The position numbers and the translations under genes were made by a program. The notes below the pieces were generated by a model, which was not told where the DNA came from, ran no database searches, and saw only the letters and a list, made by a program, of their open reading frames with translations. 64,000 nucleotides of DNA from the human T2T-CHM13v2.0 reference genome, Homo sapiens: assembly GCF_009914755.1 (NCBI RefSeq), contig NC_060933.1. The stretch is one strand, 5' to 3'. This document shows positions 24,350 through 43,895 of this stretch, in pieces (position 1 is the first letter of the stretch; each line of letters starts with the position of its first letter).

Positions 24350-24815
24350 TCAGGTTACCCAGAGCCTTATGCATTCGGAGGAAATCCAAAATCTTCTGTA
24401 AGTATTTGCTGGTCCCCTCTGGGCTTAGGGAAATCTTTAATTGCAGCTCTTGATTCAGCTTGGTCCAAGCCGAAATTCTACGTTTGCCTGGGTAACTTGT
24501 TCATGGGACAGAGGGAAGTATAGAGGCAACTGACCATTTGGAGTTTTAGGACAATTGATGGAAGAGGGCTTGGCATCTGGATGAGAAGTGGAGGGAGAAT
24601 AGAACAAAGGCACAGAAGGAGAGAGCACAGTGAGAAAGGGGAAGAGGGACATCTGGACATAAGGGCCAACTGGAGGGCAGGGAAGGTAATTTTCCTTGCA
24701 TTTTAAACTCAGACCACATATCACATCAGAATCACCTCAGGGAGACGTTTTCAATGCATATTCCTGGGTTTCTTCTCTTGGAATTTTTTATTAAATCTTG
24801 AGTTGTGCTGATTTA

Positions 24816-25115
<300 letters not shown>

Positions 25116-25586
25116 AAGAATTGTGGATAATTCTGATGCAATTAGAAAACAAAGCAGAGCTTGACAACCACTGGGTTGGGACGTATATCAGGAAGACATT
25201 TGATTATGTAAAATAACTGCAAAACAAACTGAAGGGGAATTATTTTAAAATGCTTGAATATAATTATATAATTCAACTCTTCTTATGTATGTAGTTTGAC
25301 CACATATTTGATGTCTGCTATACTAAGATTGGAAATGTGTAGAAGTTTTTTTAAAAAATCAGGTAGAAGCACAGAAAAAAGGAGTTGGAGAGAAAAGAAA
25401 ACTAGCTATTGTCTGGTAACAAGAGAAGAGAAGGGAAACGAAGTAGCATATTTTTGTTCATTGATGGCATCTAAATTATGATCCCAAATATTTTTTTCCT
25501 AAGAAATCCAATAATACAAGTATTCAGAGTGGAGTACCAACACTGATTTACTGGGAAAGAGAAGTGTACTCTGTTTTGCTACACAA

Positions 25587-26180
25587 TGTTGAGGGAGAAG
25601 GAAAGGAAAATTATTTGAGTAAACAAGTAAGAGACTGGTCCTCAGGGAAGCTGTCTGCCTGAAAAATCACAACTACTGCACCTACAGATAAGCCCTGAAC
25701 AGATAAGCATGCAGGGTCCAGCACAGATGCCTTCTGTTCTTTGTGTTTTTGGCAAGCTCCCAGGTAAAATTTTCCTCCCTTTTTCAGGCATATACTTGGC
25801 GGTCTCTGTGGGAACTTGCGCAGGGAGGAGGGGGGCTTACCTAAAACAAACCCACAGTTACAGAAACAAGAGAAGCCCACTTTGTGCTTGACTAGAGACA
25901 TACCCACAGCTGGATATATAAAGGGAATTGTGCCGACAGTTTTATATATAGCTGAGAGGAGTTTCTTATAAAAGCTTTTTGATTCAACTGTAAAAACGGC
26001 AATCCACTTGGACGCCCTTGTCTGCTGCAGAGAGCTTCCTCCTTTTGCTTGTTAAACTTTCACTCCCACCTCACCTGTGTGTCCCCGTCCCTTAATCATC
26101 TTGGTGGTGAGATGAAGAACGCCAGGTGATACCTCACAAGAGAGACTGCTACGTTGTGGTGCATTGGCGAGAGTGCAACT
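25587..26180 (+). mobile_element. ERV1-class LTR (LTR9/MER61-like)
   Basis: TG start, TATAAAAG box, AACTGTAAAAACGGCAA..GAGAGCTTCC..TTAAACTTTCACTCC U3/R/U5 pattern, ending GAGACTGCTAC..TGGTGCATTGG. Subfamily uncertain. Confidence 0.65.
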
Positions 26181-26694
26181 TTAAGAAGTGTGACTTTTAT
26201 TGCTGCTGAATTATTTTATCTCCTACCCAGTTGAAAATAAAGGATATAAAGTGCTTAGGTTGAACACAAAGTCCTCTGCTCTAGGTAACATCTTCAGCAG
26301 CCACATTAGCAGAGGCATGGGTGGTAATGGTGGAGTAGATGTCTCTTTGCTTCTGACAGGGTGTCTGCTTATGTGTTAAACAAAATAGTATGGTATATAT
26401 TTCATTAAGAAATCTGCTAAAAAATGAAGTAAAACAGGTTCATGTTCTTAAGAGGCACAGGATTTGCTACGGCAGCAAGACCAAAAGGCTTAAGTAACAA
26501 AAATGTGCATAGTAGTTACAAACATTTTCATCTAAACAAAACAATGTGAGCATCTGCATATGACAATAACTTATGCAAAAAAATATTTTTAACTGAGATT
26601 GAAATCATTTTATACATAACAAATGTTATCACTGTATTCTCAGGTAATATATTGTTTGTATATAGATGTTATAAATAATAACTTATTTAAGTTA

Positions 26695-27771
<1,077 letters not shown>

Positions 27772-28077
27772 GTTAGAAGTTGTACTGCTGAAAACAAGAG
27801 CTACCAATAAAAAAATTTCAGGAAACCTAGTGTGATTATTTTTAATAGAAATGGATATTTTAATACAGGTCTCTTGTTTTTTCTTGTGGAAATAAATGAC
27901 AAGATGGAATTTCTGGGTGTTTGGTATCTGAATATTTAAGTATAGCAGGTATGGTCAGTTTTTCAAAGGCATTTTACCATCTTACTTGTCCATCGGTAAC
28001 TCATAAGATATGTGGAACAAAGTCCTCTCCAACAACCTCTAGTATCAGTCTTTGTAAAGTTTGTCAATTAAATGGGT

Positions 28078-28383
28078 GTTTTTTTGTTTTTGTTTTTCTT
28101 TTTGAGACCGTCTCACCCTGTCACCCAGGCTGTAGTGCTGCTGCGTGATCTTAGCTCACTGCAGTCTTTGCCTTCCAGGTTCAAGTGATTCTCCTGCCTT
28201 GGCCTCTCAAGTAACTGGGACTACAGGTGCCCCCCAACACACCCAGCTAATTTTTATATGTTTAGTAAAGACAGGGTTTCACCATATTGGCCAAGCTGTT
28301 CTCAATCCTGACCTCAGATGGTCCACCTGTCTCAGCCTCCTAAAGCTCTGGGATTACAGTCATGAGCCACCGCACTTGGCTGG
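28078..28383 (-). mobile_element. AluS
   Basis: Antisense Alu with T-rich tail at left. Confidence 0.9.
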
Positions 28384-28408
28384 TTTTCTCTCTCTCTCTC
28401 TCTCTCTC

Positions 28409-28488
28409 TACTTTAAGTTCTGGGATAAATGTGCAGAACATGCAGTTTTGTTACACAGGTATACATGTGTCATGGTGGTTTGCTGCAA
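28409..28488 (-). mobile_element. L1PA 3'-end fragment
   Basis: ACTTTAAGTTCTGGGATAAATGTGCAGAACATGCAG...CATGGTGGTTTGCTGCA. Confidence 0.8.
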
Positions 28489-28779
28489 CATGGGTGTAGG
28501 TTTTGCAGGTAATTATTATATTATTAAAAGATAACAGAATACCTAGCTAAAAAAAAATGCGAGGAGGCATTGATGGGCACATGTTTACTGAGCACATCCT
28601 GACTCCAGAATTAAAAATCCAATTTATGCCTCTGCAGTCCAATAAAATTTTTCCTTAAGAATCCAGGGATCAGACTTTCATCTCAGCAACCACTCCAATA
28701 TGGTTTCTCACCTACTCATTCCAACGAGCTGCTCATATCAAAATATAAGTGCTATCCATATTGTTAAATTATAAATTGA

Positions 28780-29780
28780 ACCATAACTTCTCAGCCTTCA
28801 TCTTAATTTATATATCAGCAGCATTTCACACAGTCTATCTCCACCTTCTCTTTGTAAAACTTTTTTATAGAATTCCAGAACACTTAACTTACTTTCCCCC
28901 CACCACGTTTTTGAAAATTACCCCTAGTCCTTTTTTGCAGGTTTCATCTTTACTATTTTTCAAATGTTAGAGGACCATTAGGCTCAGGAATTTCACTTCT
29001 TATCTTTCTTATCTTTGCTTTCTTACTAATTTTTGTGTCATTAATTTCCTGATATTTCATATTACACCTAAACACTGGACACTACACCCAACACTCCCTG
29101 ACTTATCCACGTGGATGTCAGTTAGGAATCTCAAAATTAATATGTCTGTATGGAGCCACTGAAACTCCCCAAATTTGCTCTTCCCCATTCTGTTTAATGG
29201 CAACTCCCATTTTATAGTTTCTCAGCTCAATATTCTTGGTGTCCCCTTTTAATTCTGTCTCTGTAGCTCTGTCACTCTCTTCCTGTATCTGTCTGATTCT
29301 CTCCCTCTCTCTCCTCTCTCTCTTGCTCACTCTCACTCTTGCTCTCTCTCCCTGCTTCACACACACACAAACACAGACAGACACACACACACACACACGC
29401 ACATTTTCAGATCTGATGTGTATGGAATTCCTGCCAGCTTTACCTTTAAAGTGTAATAATTCCAAATGTTGTTTCCAAATTCACATTCCCACCCCCACCA
29501 CTTGGTAACTATAGCGCTTCCCTCACAAGGCCAAGTGCAGAGATTTCTTGGGGAAATAATGAGAACTATTACACATTCTTATTTCAAGGACCCTTAAAAT
29601 TATAGGATTGCCATATTTGATACTAATTTAAGCTTCTGTCATTGCCCTTTTTTAAATCCAGTCTCCACACAGCTACCACAGTGTGCAAGTAGAAGTCTCA
29701 GCCATATCACCACACTCCTGCTTTAATGTCCCTACTCCATTGCTGCTTTTCTCCTTCAGAAGAGTTTAAGCTTAATGAAG
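28780..29780 (+). mobile_element. L2 fragments interrupted by a (TC)n/(CA)n microsatellite (~29295-29402)
   Basis: TCAGCAGCATTTCACACAGT..CACCTTCTCTTTG..AAAC; TCCACGTGGATGTC..GAATCTCAAAATTAATATGTC; TCAGCCATATCACCACACTCCTGCTTTAA. Confidence 0.6.
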
Positions 29781-31827
29781 CTGGGCAACTTTACATATTT
29801 TTCCACGAGCTGGAGATCACTTGGTGTAAGGTAAAAATGATCAGTAAATATTTTCAAATAACAGAATCCATGAATAATAGTTTTGTTTCTTTGAGAGTAC
29901 ATTAACTTTTAAAAATCAAGAAAATAGATTGGTCAAGAGAATTCTGCTTGTTTTGATTTTGTTATCCCTCGATTAGATTAACTGTGTTAGTATAAATGTC
30001 AGTGTGGAAAGCTATAAGCATTTCCTAAACTTTAAAATGAAAGGCATGGAATTTAAATATCTGCTCCTTTTATTCAAACAACCAAAAAACACAACTTTTT
30101 AAATATATTTTATGTATGTATGAAATCTAAATTTATTTTTCTCTCTTTATCCCTGAATACTTTTTAAAATTATTCATGTCCTCATTATTTTTTAATCCAC
30201 TTCAGTCACATTTTAAAATATATTTTCGACTTCATTAAGAATATCTTTGTGTTCCACTGAATAGCTTGCCAAATAATAAAACATTAGCAGTATAATTTCC
30301 TCATAAACTTTATTTAATTTGCTTGGTTAAACATAGATTTCCTACTCTCAACTCATAATTTCATTCAATAAGAAGTATAATATATTCTACTTGACATTTG
30401 CGGGGTTTTCATACCATGCATTTGTCATTGAAATTGGTTTTTGATATTTGAACCACTAGTTTATAATTGTATTGTTAGTTAGACTGGTCTGTAGAATCTT
30501 TCTTCATTTTGATTCTGTGGTTTATTCATTATGGAGTAGCTGTGCTATTGTAAATTTTGAGGTCAAAAGCTTAAAACATTTTATGTATTTTCAAACAAAG
30601 TGGATGGCATTTAAATATCTATTCCTTAAAATTTGGAAGAAAGGTTAACACCATATAAACCCAGAGCCTGTTTTTTAGATTAGTAGCACGTAGACATTTT
30701 CAATTTCTTCTAAAGTTGAAAAAAATAAACATTTTATATTCATAGAATGCTTGATGAAGGTAAATATTTAATTTTCACTTAAAATAAATTTGGTTACATT
30801 GAAAGGAAATTTGGCTAATGTAAGTTAGATACATTTCTAATTAAAACAATAATTTAAGATAAATAATGCTCAAAGAACAGTGGTCACTGCATTTATTCCA
30901 GAGAGAGGACATTTATCCTGATCTGACTGTAATAACGTAGTAGGTAGTACTGCTGGCGTCGACACCCAAGCAAGGAAGGGAAGCTGGTGTCTCAAGGGGT
31001 CCCGCTGAGATGGAAAGGGTTCAGGGCCCACACTGTTGATGTCACCTGGACCCAACCACCATGTCTCAGAAGAAGAAATGACACTCCCCTCCTGGTGCCA
31101 CCCCAAACAAGGAGCTTAGCAGTGTTGCACACAGGATAGTCCTTGCAGGAGACACGTTTGACAAGTTGCTGAGGTGCCTGATGGGGCCAGGCTTTTTTTC
31201 ATGAAATGAGTTTGCATCGTGAGGAAGCCTTTTTATTGGAAACCTGGCAGGGGTCCAATTTCCCCTTTGCCTTAACCCCGTAGGAGCACAGTAGACAGGG
31301 AGGAGGTCACCCAGGTGGCTGTTCCTGCTTGGCCCCCACTTCCCAGACCATTCCAGGCAGGGAGAGCCGCTGAGATCACTCCATGGGCTGCTCACATGTG
31401 GTCTGGACCCAGCCGCCCTCCTGTGCCTGGCAGGCAGCCTCTGGGCCATCAGAGGACCCACTGTGTGGTGATCAGTGGCCCACCACCTGCCCTTGTGGTG
31501 GGTGCAGTTCACAGGTGCTGCCCCGGTCCTGGCACACTGGCCTTCCCAGCCTGGCCCAGGATAGGGGATGTGAATGATCCTTGCCTGTGCCCCTTCAGAC
31601 CATGTGAGGTTGGACACTCACTGCAGAAGTCCCTCCAGGTCCCTTTTCAACTGAGTTGTGGGGGACTTGCTTAGTCCTCATGCCCAGGGTCAGGGGAGGG
31701 GTGCAGAGTCTGCACCCTAAATCCCCTGGGGCCTGAGGGAGGTCTCCCAGGTGACCTCTGTCCTCTCCAGTGACATGAGTCCTCCCAGATGGCCTCAGCC
31801 CTCTCAGGTGACATGCTTCCATGGTGA

Positions 31828-33185
<1,358 letters not shown>

Positions 33186-33397
33186 GTAAGGAGGCAAATG
33201 GAGACCCCAGGCCAGGGACTCTCCTGTCCCACAAGTGCCCAGCTCCCCCAGGAGGACCTGGCTCACCCCAAGCCAGCAGGAAGCACAGGAAAGTTTCTGC
33301 ATGGCACAGAAGCCAGGCCCTCCTCAAGAGGGGGCATCACACTGCAGGTGTCAGGACTCAGGCCCACTGCTATTTCCACATTATTAATTTTATAAGG

Positions 33398-33730
33398 TGA
33401 TATGGTTTGGCTGCGTTGCCACCCAAATCTCATCTTGAACTGTAATTTCCATAATCCTCATGTGTCCTGGGAGGGACCCAGTGAGAGGTAACTGAATCAT
33501 GGCGGCAGTTTCCCCATGCTGTTCTCATGATAGTAAGTGAGTTCTCATGTGATCTGATGGTTTTATAAGCAGCTGGCATTTCCCTTGCTTGAGGTGATGA
33601 ATGCCCCATTTACCCTGATGTGATTATTACACATTGCATGCCTGTGTCAAACTATCTCATGTACCCCATAAATATATACACCTACCATGTACTCATATAA
33701 ATTAAAAATAAAAATAAATTTTTTAAAAAA
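33398..33730 (+). mobile_element. THE1D/MSTA LTR 5' half (33398-33590) fused to an L1MA 3' end with A-tail (33591-33730)
   Basis: TGATATGGTTTGGCTG..CCCAAATCTCATCTTGAA, then GAGGTGATG..CCCCATTTACCCTGATGTGATTATTAC..ATGTACCCCATAAATATATACACCTAC. Confidence 0.8.
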
Positions 33731-35812
33731 GTGTGAGTTTTAAAGGTGAGGTTTGCCCTCCAGCGCTGGTGCCTGCCAGGTGTGACCTTCACATCATCTT
33801 TCCACATGGTCCAGGTCCCCATCTGCAGAGGCCAACAGTTCCCAGAGTGACCTTCCTCAGAAAACAGGGTCTTGGAGGAGACAGTCAGAGGAGGGGGCCT
33901 CGTCCTCCCCACTGCACAGCCCCTTGTGGGGATTGGAAGTGAGGGTCTCTGCCCACAAGTTGGCAGTCACCCTAAGCTGTTTTGTGGGAGGAAGCATAGG
34001 GAATATAGGTCAGTGCTGGAACAGCATTTCCTGATCCTGACTTGGAGAAGGTGTTAAAATCTTGACATTCCCGACTCCTCCTTTGTGAGAGCCCCTGTCC
34101 TGCAGGTCTCACAGGGTTGTTGTGAGGGCCACCTGTGGTGATGGGTTTGGAAGTGCTTTGTGAATGACACAGTGGGCCTTCCTATTCCTGTCATTGGCCT
34201 TTCGACCTTCAATACTAATTGCCTGGGGATCTCCAGGCCTCAAGGTCTAATCCTGGAAGGGTATGAGATGTCCCTAGTGGAATATTCTACACCTCCTGGG
34301 AGGTCTCTCACTTCAACCTTCACCTGACATAACCCCTGCTCCTGTTCCCTCAACCTGGAGAGCTTGCCCAGGAGCACAGGGTAGTACTGGACTGACCTCT
34401 TTGGAAAGGGTGATTACATCCTCATTTCAGCTCTCCCTCCTCCTAGTTTTCCACGTAGAAATCCAGGGCTCCATGCAGCATTTGCTGGACATGAGGGGAA
34501 AACTTTTAGGGCAGGCATCTGCCCTGGGTGGGGACAGAGGAGTATCCTGGAGTCTGAGTGTCAGGAGTGTGAGACCTGCCCAGCTGGCCAGCCCCTGTCC
34601 CCATGCTGCTCGATGCATGATGTTTCCTGCACAAGCTTCCTTTAGAGGGAAGCTTCCGGAGTGACTGCAGTGAGGTCCATGCTGTTGGGGGTGACAGAGC
34701 AGCCCTGGAGGCCCTCTGCTCTTACCCTGGCAGGAGGTGGCCAAAAAGAAGCAGGCAGAGGAAGCTTCTCCAACACGCTTGGAAAGAAATTTCCACATAT
34801 CACTCACGTCACTCTTGCCACTAGAAGGAAAATTTCTACAGTGGAGTGGAAGAAAATGACTATGCTGTGGGAGAGAATGGATGCATCCAGAAGAGCAAGG
34901 GGGGAGGGAAATGTGCCCATTGCCAGAATTTTGTGTCTTTTGAAGACATTTGCCAGAATTCTACTTTTGAAGGCTGCCCCTTTTGACAGTCAGTTACTGA
35001 GGAAGCTGTGGGACATTTTCAAAGCCTTTTATATAAAAAAAAACACACAATATACTGCTGTGGGTCTGTGTTCAGGGACTATGAAGAGCACAGCTGCCAC
35101 TGTTCTGTGTCGCAGATGCTGTGGGAAGTGCCTTAACACACAGAGGTTTGCTTCATGCAACCGGGTGAGGAACATCTCTAAAACATTTTACAGTCAAGAA
35201 AATTCAGTGTTCAGGAGGTTGAATGCATTATCCAAGATCACACATATGTCCTGACAGATTTGGGGTTCAATGAAGAATTATGTATTTTAATTAAGAATTA
35301 TGTATTTTAATTAATAATTATATATTTTAATTTCACATTTTAAATTTCTGCAGTTTTCTTCCATCACTTTTCACCATGCTTTCTACACTTGGAATTACTT
35401 TTTTTGGCTTCTTGATCTTCTTTACTTGTATGTTATTGATTTTCTACAAGTTTTAACATATATGATTAAAGAATATTTCTTAATGTTTTAATAATTATCC
35501 TAGAATAAAATATATTTACTTTGATGTATGCATTGGATATTACAGTGTATTGTGTACATTTTCAAACACTTTGTGTTATACCAGAAGCATTATTCAACAG
35601 TGGTCATTTTTTTACCTGAACTATGTTCAGAAAATCTTTCCACCACAGTACAAAAGATTGACTTCATTTTGTTAACAGATGGATGTGCCATAGTGCAATT
35701 AACTGTTTAATTATCCTGTTATCCTGTTGTGGATATTTAAGTTCAAACAATGCAGTAATAAATATGCAAGAGTGCTTTTAGACATTAAACAATATGGCTC
35801 TAAATTAGGGAC

Positions 35813-36121
<309 letters not shown>

Positions 36122-36232
36122 TTAGCCAAATTTCTTATGCATTTTGAATGATAAGAGTTGCTGCCTCATTTCTGTTACAAAGGCTATGGTAATTTACGCT
36201 CAAAACACAGAATAGGTTGGTTGTTGTCACAT

Positions 36233-36500
36233 ATGGAGTCTTACTGTTGCCGAGACTGGAGTGCAGTGGTGTAATCCTAGCTCGTTGTAGCCTCCAACGC
36301 CTAGGCTCAAGCAATCCTCTTACCTCAGCCTCCCTCCCAATTAACTAGGATTACAGGTGCATGCCACCACACCCTGCTAATTTTATTCTTAGTTATGGGA
36401 TCTTGCTATGTTGCCCAGGCTGGTCTTGAAATCCTGGCCTCAAGGTGACCTCAGCCTCCAGTGTAGCTGACATTACAGGCGTGAGACACTGTACCTGGCT
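36233..36500 (-). mobile_element. AluJ, diverged
   Basis: GGCTCAAGCAATCCTC..TCTTGCTATGTTGCCCAGGCTGGTCTTGAA. Confidence 0.8.
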
Positions 36501-36692
36501 GAATGAGTGCCTCTATCCTGACACTTGTGTCCCCACGGGATCCTGCAGAATTCAGGACCCTGTCCACACAGGGGAAAACTCTCTGTTGGGGTCCTGATGA
36601 CTGAGGAGGGAGCTTACCCATGGCTCTCCTGGTCATTTTTATTTAATAGTGAGCACAGAACCTCACATTTTCTGGAATGTTCCCATATGATT

Positions 36693-37265
36693 TTGTGAGA
36701 GAAAAGAGAATAGAGACCCCAACCCCAAGCTCACTGTGTCAAAGGGAAAATTAAGCTTGGGAACTGAGTTACGCAATACTGCCTTCCTTGTTCTCAAACA
36801 CATAGCTATAACTTCACAACCCTGTGTCATAGCCTCATCCATAAGCCAGGTTCCCACAGTGACAGAAGGCCGCATGTCTCCTCAGATGTCCTCCCTCACA
36901 ATTTGCTGTGAACCCCTAAATCTTTCAGAATGCACATCCCACCTTAAACTATCCCTAAAAGTGAGTCGGCTCAATTTCACCCTGACAATCTCAATTACCA
37001 GCTTATTTTCATAGTTCTGGGACAAGGTCAGGACCAGAAATCATCCCTCTGCCTATCCTGAGATGAATGAATCATTGAGTTTTCCTCTACTCCACTCCCT
37101 CTATTCACATGCTTACTTTATCTTATGTAAAATGGAGATTTACTGAATGTGAGATGAACGCATAACTGTTTCCTCTGCTCCCTCCTTTCCTATGTAAAAT
37201 GTAGATATCCTGATGCTAATCAGAGCCACACAAGAATGCAAGCATTTGCTTCACTGCCTACCTTC
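36693..37265 (+). mobile_element. MER4-group ERV1 LTR, 3'-truncated
   Basis: TGTGAGAGAAAA..GACCCCAA..CTCACT..CAAAGGGAAAATTAAGCTTGGGAACTGAGTTACGCAA..CTGCCT; TATCTTATGTAAAATG.AGAT repeats. Confidence 0.7.
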
Positions 37266-37269
37266 AGTC

Positions 37270-39625
<2,356 letters not shown>

Positions 39626-40069
39626 GGAAAAAAGGATGGTTTAAATAAAGGAATGTTCATATAAAATATATATTAATTAGTGCAAACATATTTTATTTGA
39701 CATGAGTTAGGTGAATCTTTGATACATTAATTAATTTTAAAATTGTTAAATAAAATTAGAAATATCTTCGAATTTGCCAAGGTATGTTTCTCTCCTGGGA
39801 TTACTGGTCAGTTTTATTTTTTCCTTGGATAGACATTTTAAGCCATAAATCTTGACATAGACCTGATGTAGACCTCCATACCTTTCCCAGATGTGGGACG
39901 GAGCAACTGGGACAGGTCCATCCTAGCACTAAGGGATGATTAAACCTAACTTGTAGTCATTGTACAACTATAAACATGGTTGATGCTTTAAGAGAAAGAT
40001 CTTGATGGAAAGGGTTAAATGTAAAAATTGATCATATGAATTGGGTCATTCTTATCACACCAAATAAAA

Positions 40070-40482
40070 CCATCAACGAGCCAGGGGGAGGAGGCATTCA
40101 GGGCAAAAACACCACTCCAAAAGCGTAATTCTCTGCATGCCTGGCTGCTGAAATTACCTGCTTTAAGCTGAAACCAGTTTTATCAAATGGTTACTGAAAC
40201 AACCTCTTGAACACTAAGACTAGCTTTACCCACCACTGTCCCTCACCTATCAGAGCCTGCCAGCTCTCAAAAACCTTACTGGTGCCAGTGAACTTTCTCA
40301 AAGAGAAATACATACCGTTTTTCTCTCTGTCTCCCTTTTTTATAAAACCTCTAACTTTCTCTTTATGTTTTGGACATACTAAAGACACCCATTCTGCATG
40401 TATGTGTGAAATTGTAATACTTGTATCTCAAATAAAACATTTTAATTTCAGATGTTTGTCTCTATATTTATTTGACTTTGAC
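40070..40482 (+). mobile_element. ERV1-class LTR (MER4-group), subfamily undetermined
   Basis: TATAAAA box, AAATAAAACATTT poly(A) signal and TTTGACTTTGACA 3' terminus. Confidence 0.55.
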
Positions 40483-40727
40483 AATCTGATATTATTTAGC
40501 ATTATTTCCAGTCTCCCAAATAATGTCAAAATTTTGTTATGTTAGATAGGAATATCTTGTTATTCAACTTGAAGGTAAACTGCTTGATCAATGCATGTAA
40601 TTCCTTGACAGATTGTCAGCACCTCTAAGACAACATGTAGATATTGCTCATTATTAACTCATTTCATCTTTTCATGATAAATTACAAAAATTTAATTTTC
40701 ATTTTTAAAATGCAAACCATTATGCCT

Positions 40728-43700
40728 TGTATTATGGCATTCTTGCATTACTATAAAGGAATACCTAAGCACTACATAATTTATACTGAAAAAAAAGATT
40801 GACTTGGCTCACAGTTCTGCAGGCTGTACAGGAAGCTTTGCATTGGCAGTTGCTTGGCTTCAAGAAGGGTCCTCAGGGAGCTTTTACACATGGCAGAAGG
40901 TGAAGCAAAAGAAGGTATGTCACATGGCCAGAGCGGGAGCAAGCAGGGAGAGGTGCCACACACTTTTAAACAGCCAGATGTAATGAGAACTCACTCACTC
41001 TTGCAAGGACAGTGCCAAGAGGATGGTGTTAAACATGAGAAATCAGCCCTCATGACCGCATCACCTCCCACCAGACCCCGACTCCAACACTGGGAATTAC
41101 AATTCGACATGAGACTTAAAGGGTACAACATCCAAACTATTTCATTCCATCCCTGGCCCTTCAAATCTCATGTTCTTCTCACATTGCAAAATACAATCAT
41201 CCCTTCTCAATAGTCCCCCAAAAGTCTCAACCTGTTTCGGCATCACTCGAAAGTGCAGTTTCTTCTGAGACAAGGCAAGTCCCTTCCACTGATGCGCCTG
41301 TAAAATCAAAACAAGTTATTTAGTTCTAAGAAAATTGGGGTACAGGCATTGGGTAAACATTCCCATTACAAAAGAGAGAAATTGGCCAAAAGAAAGGGGC
41401 TACAGGCCCCACACAAGTTCAAATCCCAGCAGGGCAGTCATTAAAACTCGATGTTCCAAAATAATCTGCTTTGAAACCATGTCCCACATCCTGGGAACAT
41501 AGAGCATTCCCACGATGCATAGGGTGGGCTCCCAAGGCCTGGGGCTGCTCTGCTCCCACGGCTCTTCTACACTGAAGGCATGAGCTGCTGGTGGCTCTAT
41601 CATTCTGGGATCTGGAGGGCAGCAGCCCCCCTCCCACAGCTCCACTAGGCAGCCCCCCCAGTCAGGACCCCGAGTGGGGCCTCCAACCCCACATTTCCAC
41701 TTGGCACTGTGCTAGAAGAGGTCCTCTTTGAGAGCTCCAGTGGTGCATAGTCTTCTCCCTGGGCATCCAGCCTTTCTCATACATCCTCTGAAATTTAGGC
41801 AGAGAATGCCAAGCCTCCTTCACTCTTGCACTTTGCTCACCTGCAGGCTTAACACCACATGGAAGCCACCAAGGCTTATAGTTTGCACCCTCTGAAGCCA
41901 TGACCTGAGCTCTATCTGCAGCCCTTTGAACCAAGGCTGGAGCTAGAAGGGCCAGGATGCAAGGAACACCCTCCTGGGGGTGGTACAGGACAGTGATGCC
42001 CTGGCCCTGGTCCAAGTGGAACAGGAATTAAAAGAAATTAAAGAATGTGTAAGCAGAAACTCAGTTGTATGTGAGAAAACCCAGTTCCCCCTGAGAAAGA
42101 GAAAGAGCTGGAGCCCTTTAAAAATTAACTGCCTGTTTTTCTGTGGCTAGTGAGCTTCATCTCTCCTCCTTTCCCAGGCATTGTGAAGACCCTGTTTCCC
42201 TAGCTGTGCAGCTGCAAGGTCACTAGACAGATAAACTCAAGTCGTAAAACATGTTTTTCCTTGAAAAGTAAGAAATGATATAATGCATGTCTCAATTAAT
42301 TGAATAACTGTCTTTGTTTCTCACTTCTGTAATATGCTTCCCCCTGCACAGATCTCCCCACTCTCCACCACCCCACAAAATGCTTAAAAGTTAACTTAAG
42401 TCTTTGTTCAGGACTCAGTCCTTTGGTTGTTAATCTGACTGGGCCGGTGCACCTAAATAATAAATATCCTCCTCAACCCCATCAGTCTCTCTGATTCCTT
42501 AAAAAATCCCGCTACAGCCTGGGCACGGTGGCTCACGCCTGTAATCCCAGCACTTTGGGAGGCTGAGGAGGGCAGATCACGAGGTCAGGAGATTGAGACT
42601 ATCATGGCTAAGACAGCGAAAACCCGTCTCTACTAAAAACACAAAAAATTAGCCAGGCATGGTGGCAGTCACCTGTAGTCCCAACTACTTGGGAGGCTGA
42701 GACAGGAGAATGGCATGTCCCAGAATGCAGAGCTTGCAGTGAGCTGAGATTGTGCCACTGCACTCCAGCCTGGGAGACAGAGTGAGGCTCCGTCTCAAAA
42801 TAAATAAATAAATTAATTAATTAATTAATTAATTTTTAAAATCCCACTACACAAGAAACCATTCTTTCATCCTAGACCTCTAGGTCTGTGCTGGGATGAG
42901 CTGCTGCAAAGATTTCTGAAATGCCTTCAAGGCCTTTTTTTAATTGTCTTGGCTATCAGCACCTAGCTCTTTTTCAGTTATGCAAATGTCTCTAATAAGT
43001 GGTTGCTCCACAGCCTGTTTAGATTCTTCCCCTGAAAATGCTTTATCTTCCTTTGCCAAATGGGCAGGCTGCAAATTTTCTATACTTGTATGGTCTGCTT
43101 CCCATTGAATTGTAAATTCCAACTTTAAGTCATTTTTTTGCTCCTGCATCTGAGTGTTCAAACTTCCTCAGATCCCTGGTACATGAACAGACTGCAGCCA
43201 AGTTCTTTGCAAAGGCATAACAGGCATGACCTTTATTCCAAGTCCCAGTAAGTTCCTCATTTTCATCTGAGACCGCATCAGCCTATCCTTCACCGTCCAT
43301 ATCACTATCAGCATTTTGGTCACAACCATTTAACTAGTCTCTAAGAAATTCAGAACTTTCCTTCATCTTCCTGTATTAGGAGCCCTCCAAACTCTTCCAA
43401 CTCCTGCCCATTACCTAGTTCCAAAATCACTTCCACATTTTCAAGTATCTTTATAGCAATGCCCCATGTCTCAGTACCAATTTTCTGTATTAGGCCATTC
43501 TTACATTGCTATAAAGAAATACCTGAGACTGGGTAATTTATAAAGAAAAGAGGTTTGAAAAGAGGTTTGTATAGCTGCAGGCTGTACAAACATGATTCTG
43601 GCATCTGCCTAGCTCCTGGTGAGGCCTCAGCAGGCTTTATTCACGGCAGAAGATGAAGAAGGAGCAGGCAGGCACATCACCTGGCAAGGCAGGGGAAGCA

Positions 43701-43895
43701 CCACACACTTTTAAACAAATAGATCTTGCAAGAATTCACTCACTATCACAAAGACAGCACCAGGGACAGGATGCTAGACCATTTCTGAGAAATCCACCCC
43801 CATGATCCAATCACCTCCCTCCAGACCTACCACCAACATTGGGGATATCACAATTCAACATGAGATTTAGAGGGAACAACATCTGAGGTATCTCA
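40728..43895 (-). mobile_element. Complete two-LTR MaLR provirus (MSTA/MSTB): LTR 40728-~41143, internal region, LTR ~43486-43895
   Basis: Two similar TGTATTA..CATTCTT.CATT.CTATAAAG.AATACCT LTRs around MST/THE1-type internal sequence. 5-bp TSD TGCCT at 40723-27 and 43896-900. Confidence 0.9.
42017..42851 (+). mobile_element. Solo ERV1 LTR (LTR15-like) nested in the MST internal region, with an AluY (~42516-42830) at its 3' tip
   Basis: TGGAACAGGAATTAAAAGAAATT...AATCCCGCTACA. 4-bp TSD CAAG (42013-16 and 42852-55). The Alu TSD duplicates the LTR end AAAATCCC(G/A)CTACA. Confidence 0.85.

Noticed and set aside
34661-35254. 197-codon ORF in apparently unique DNA
   Set aside because: No recognisable domain, splice context or promoter. 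About one ORF of this length is expected by chance in six frames of 64 kb.
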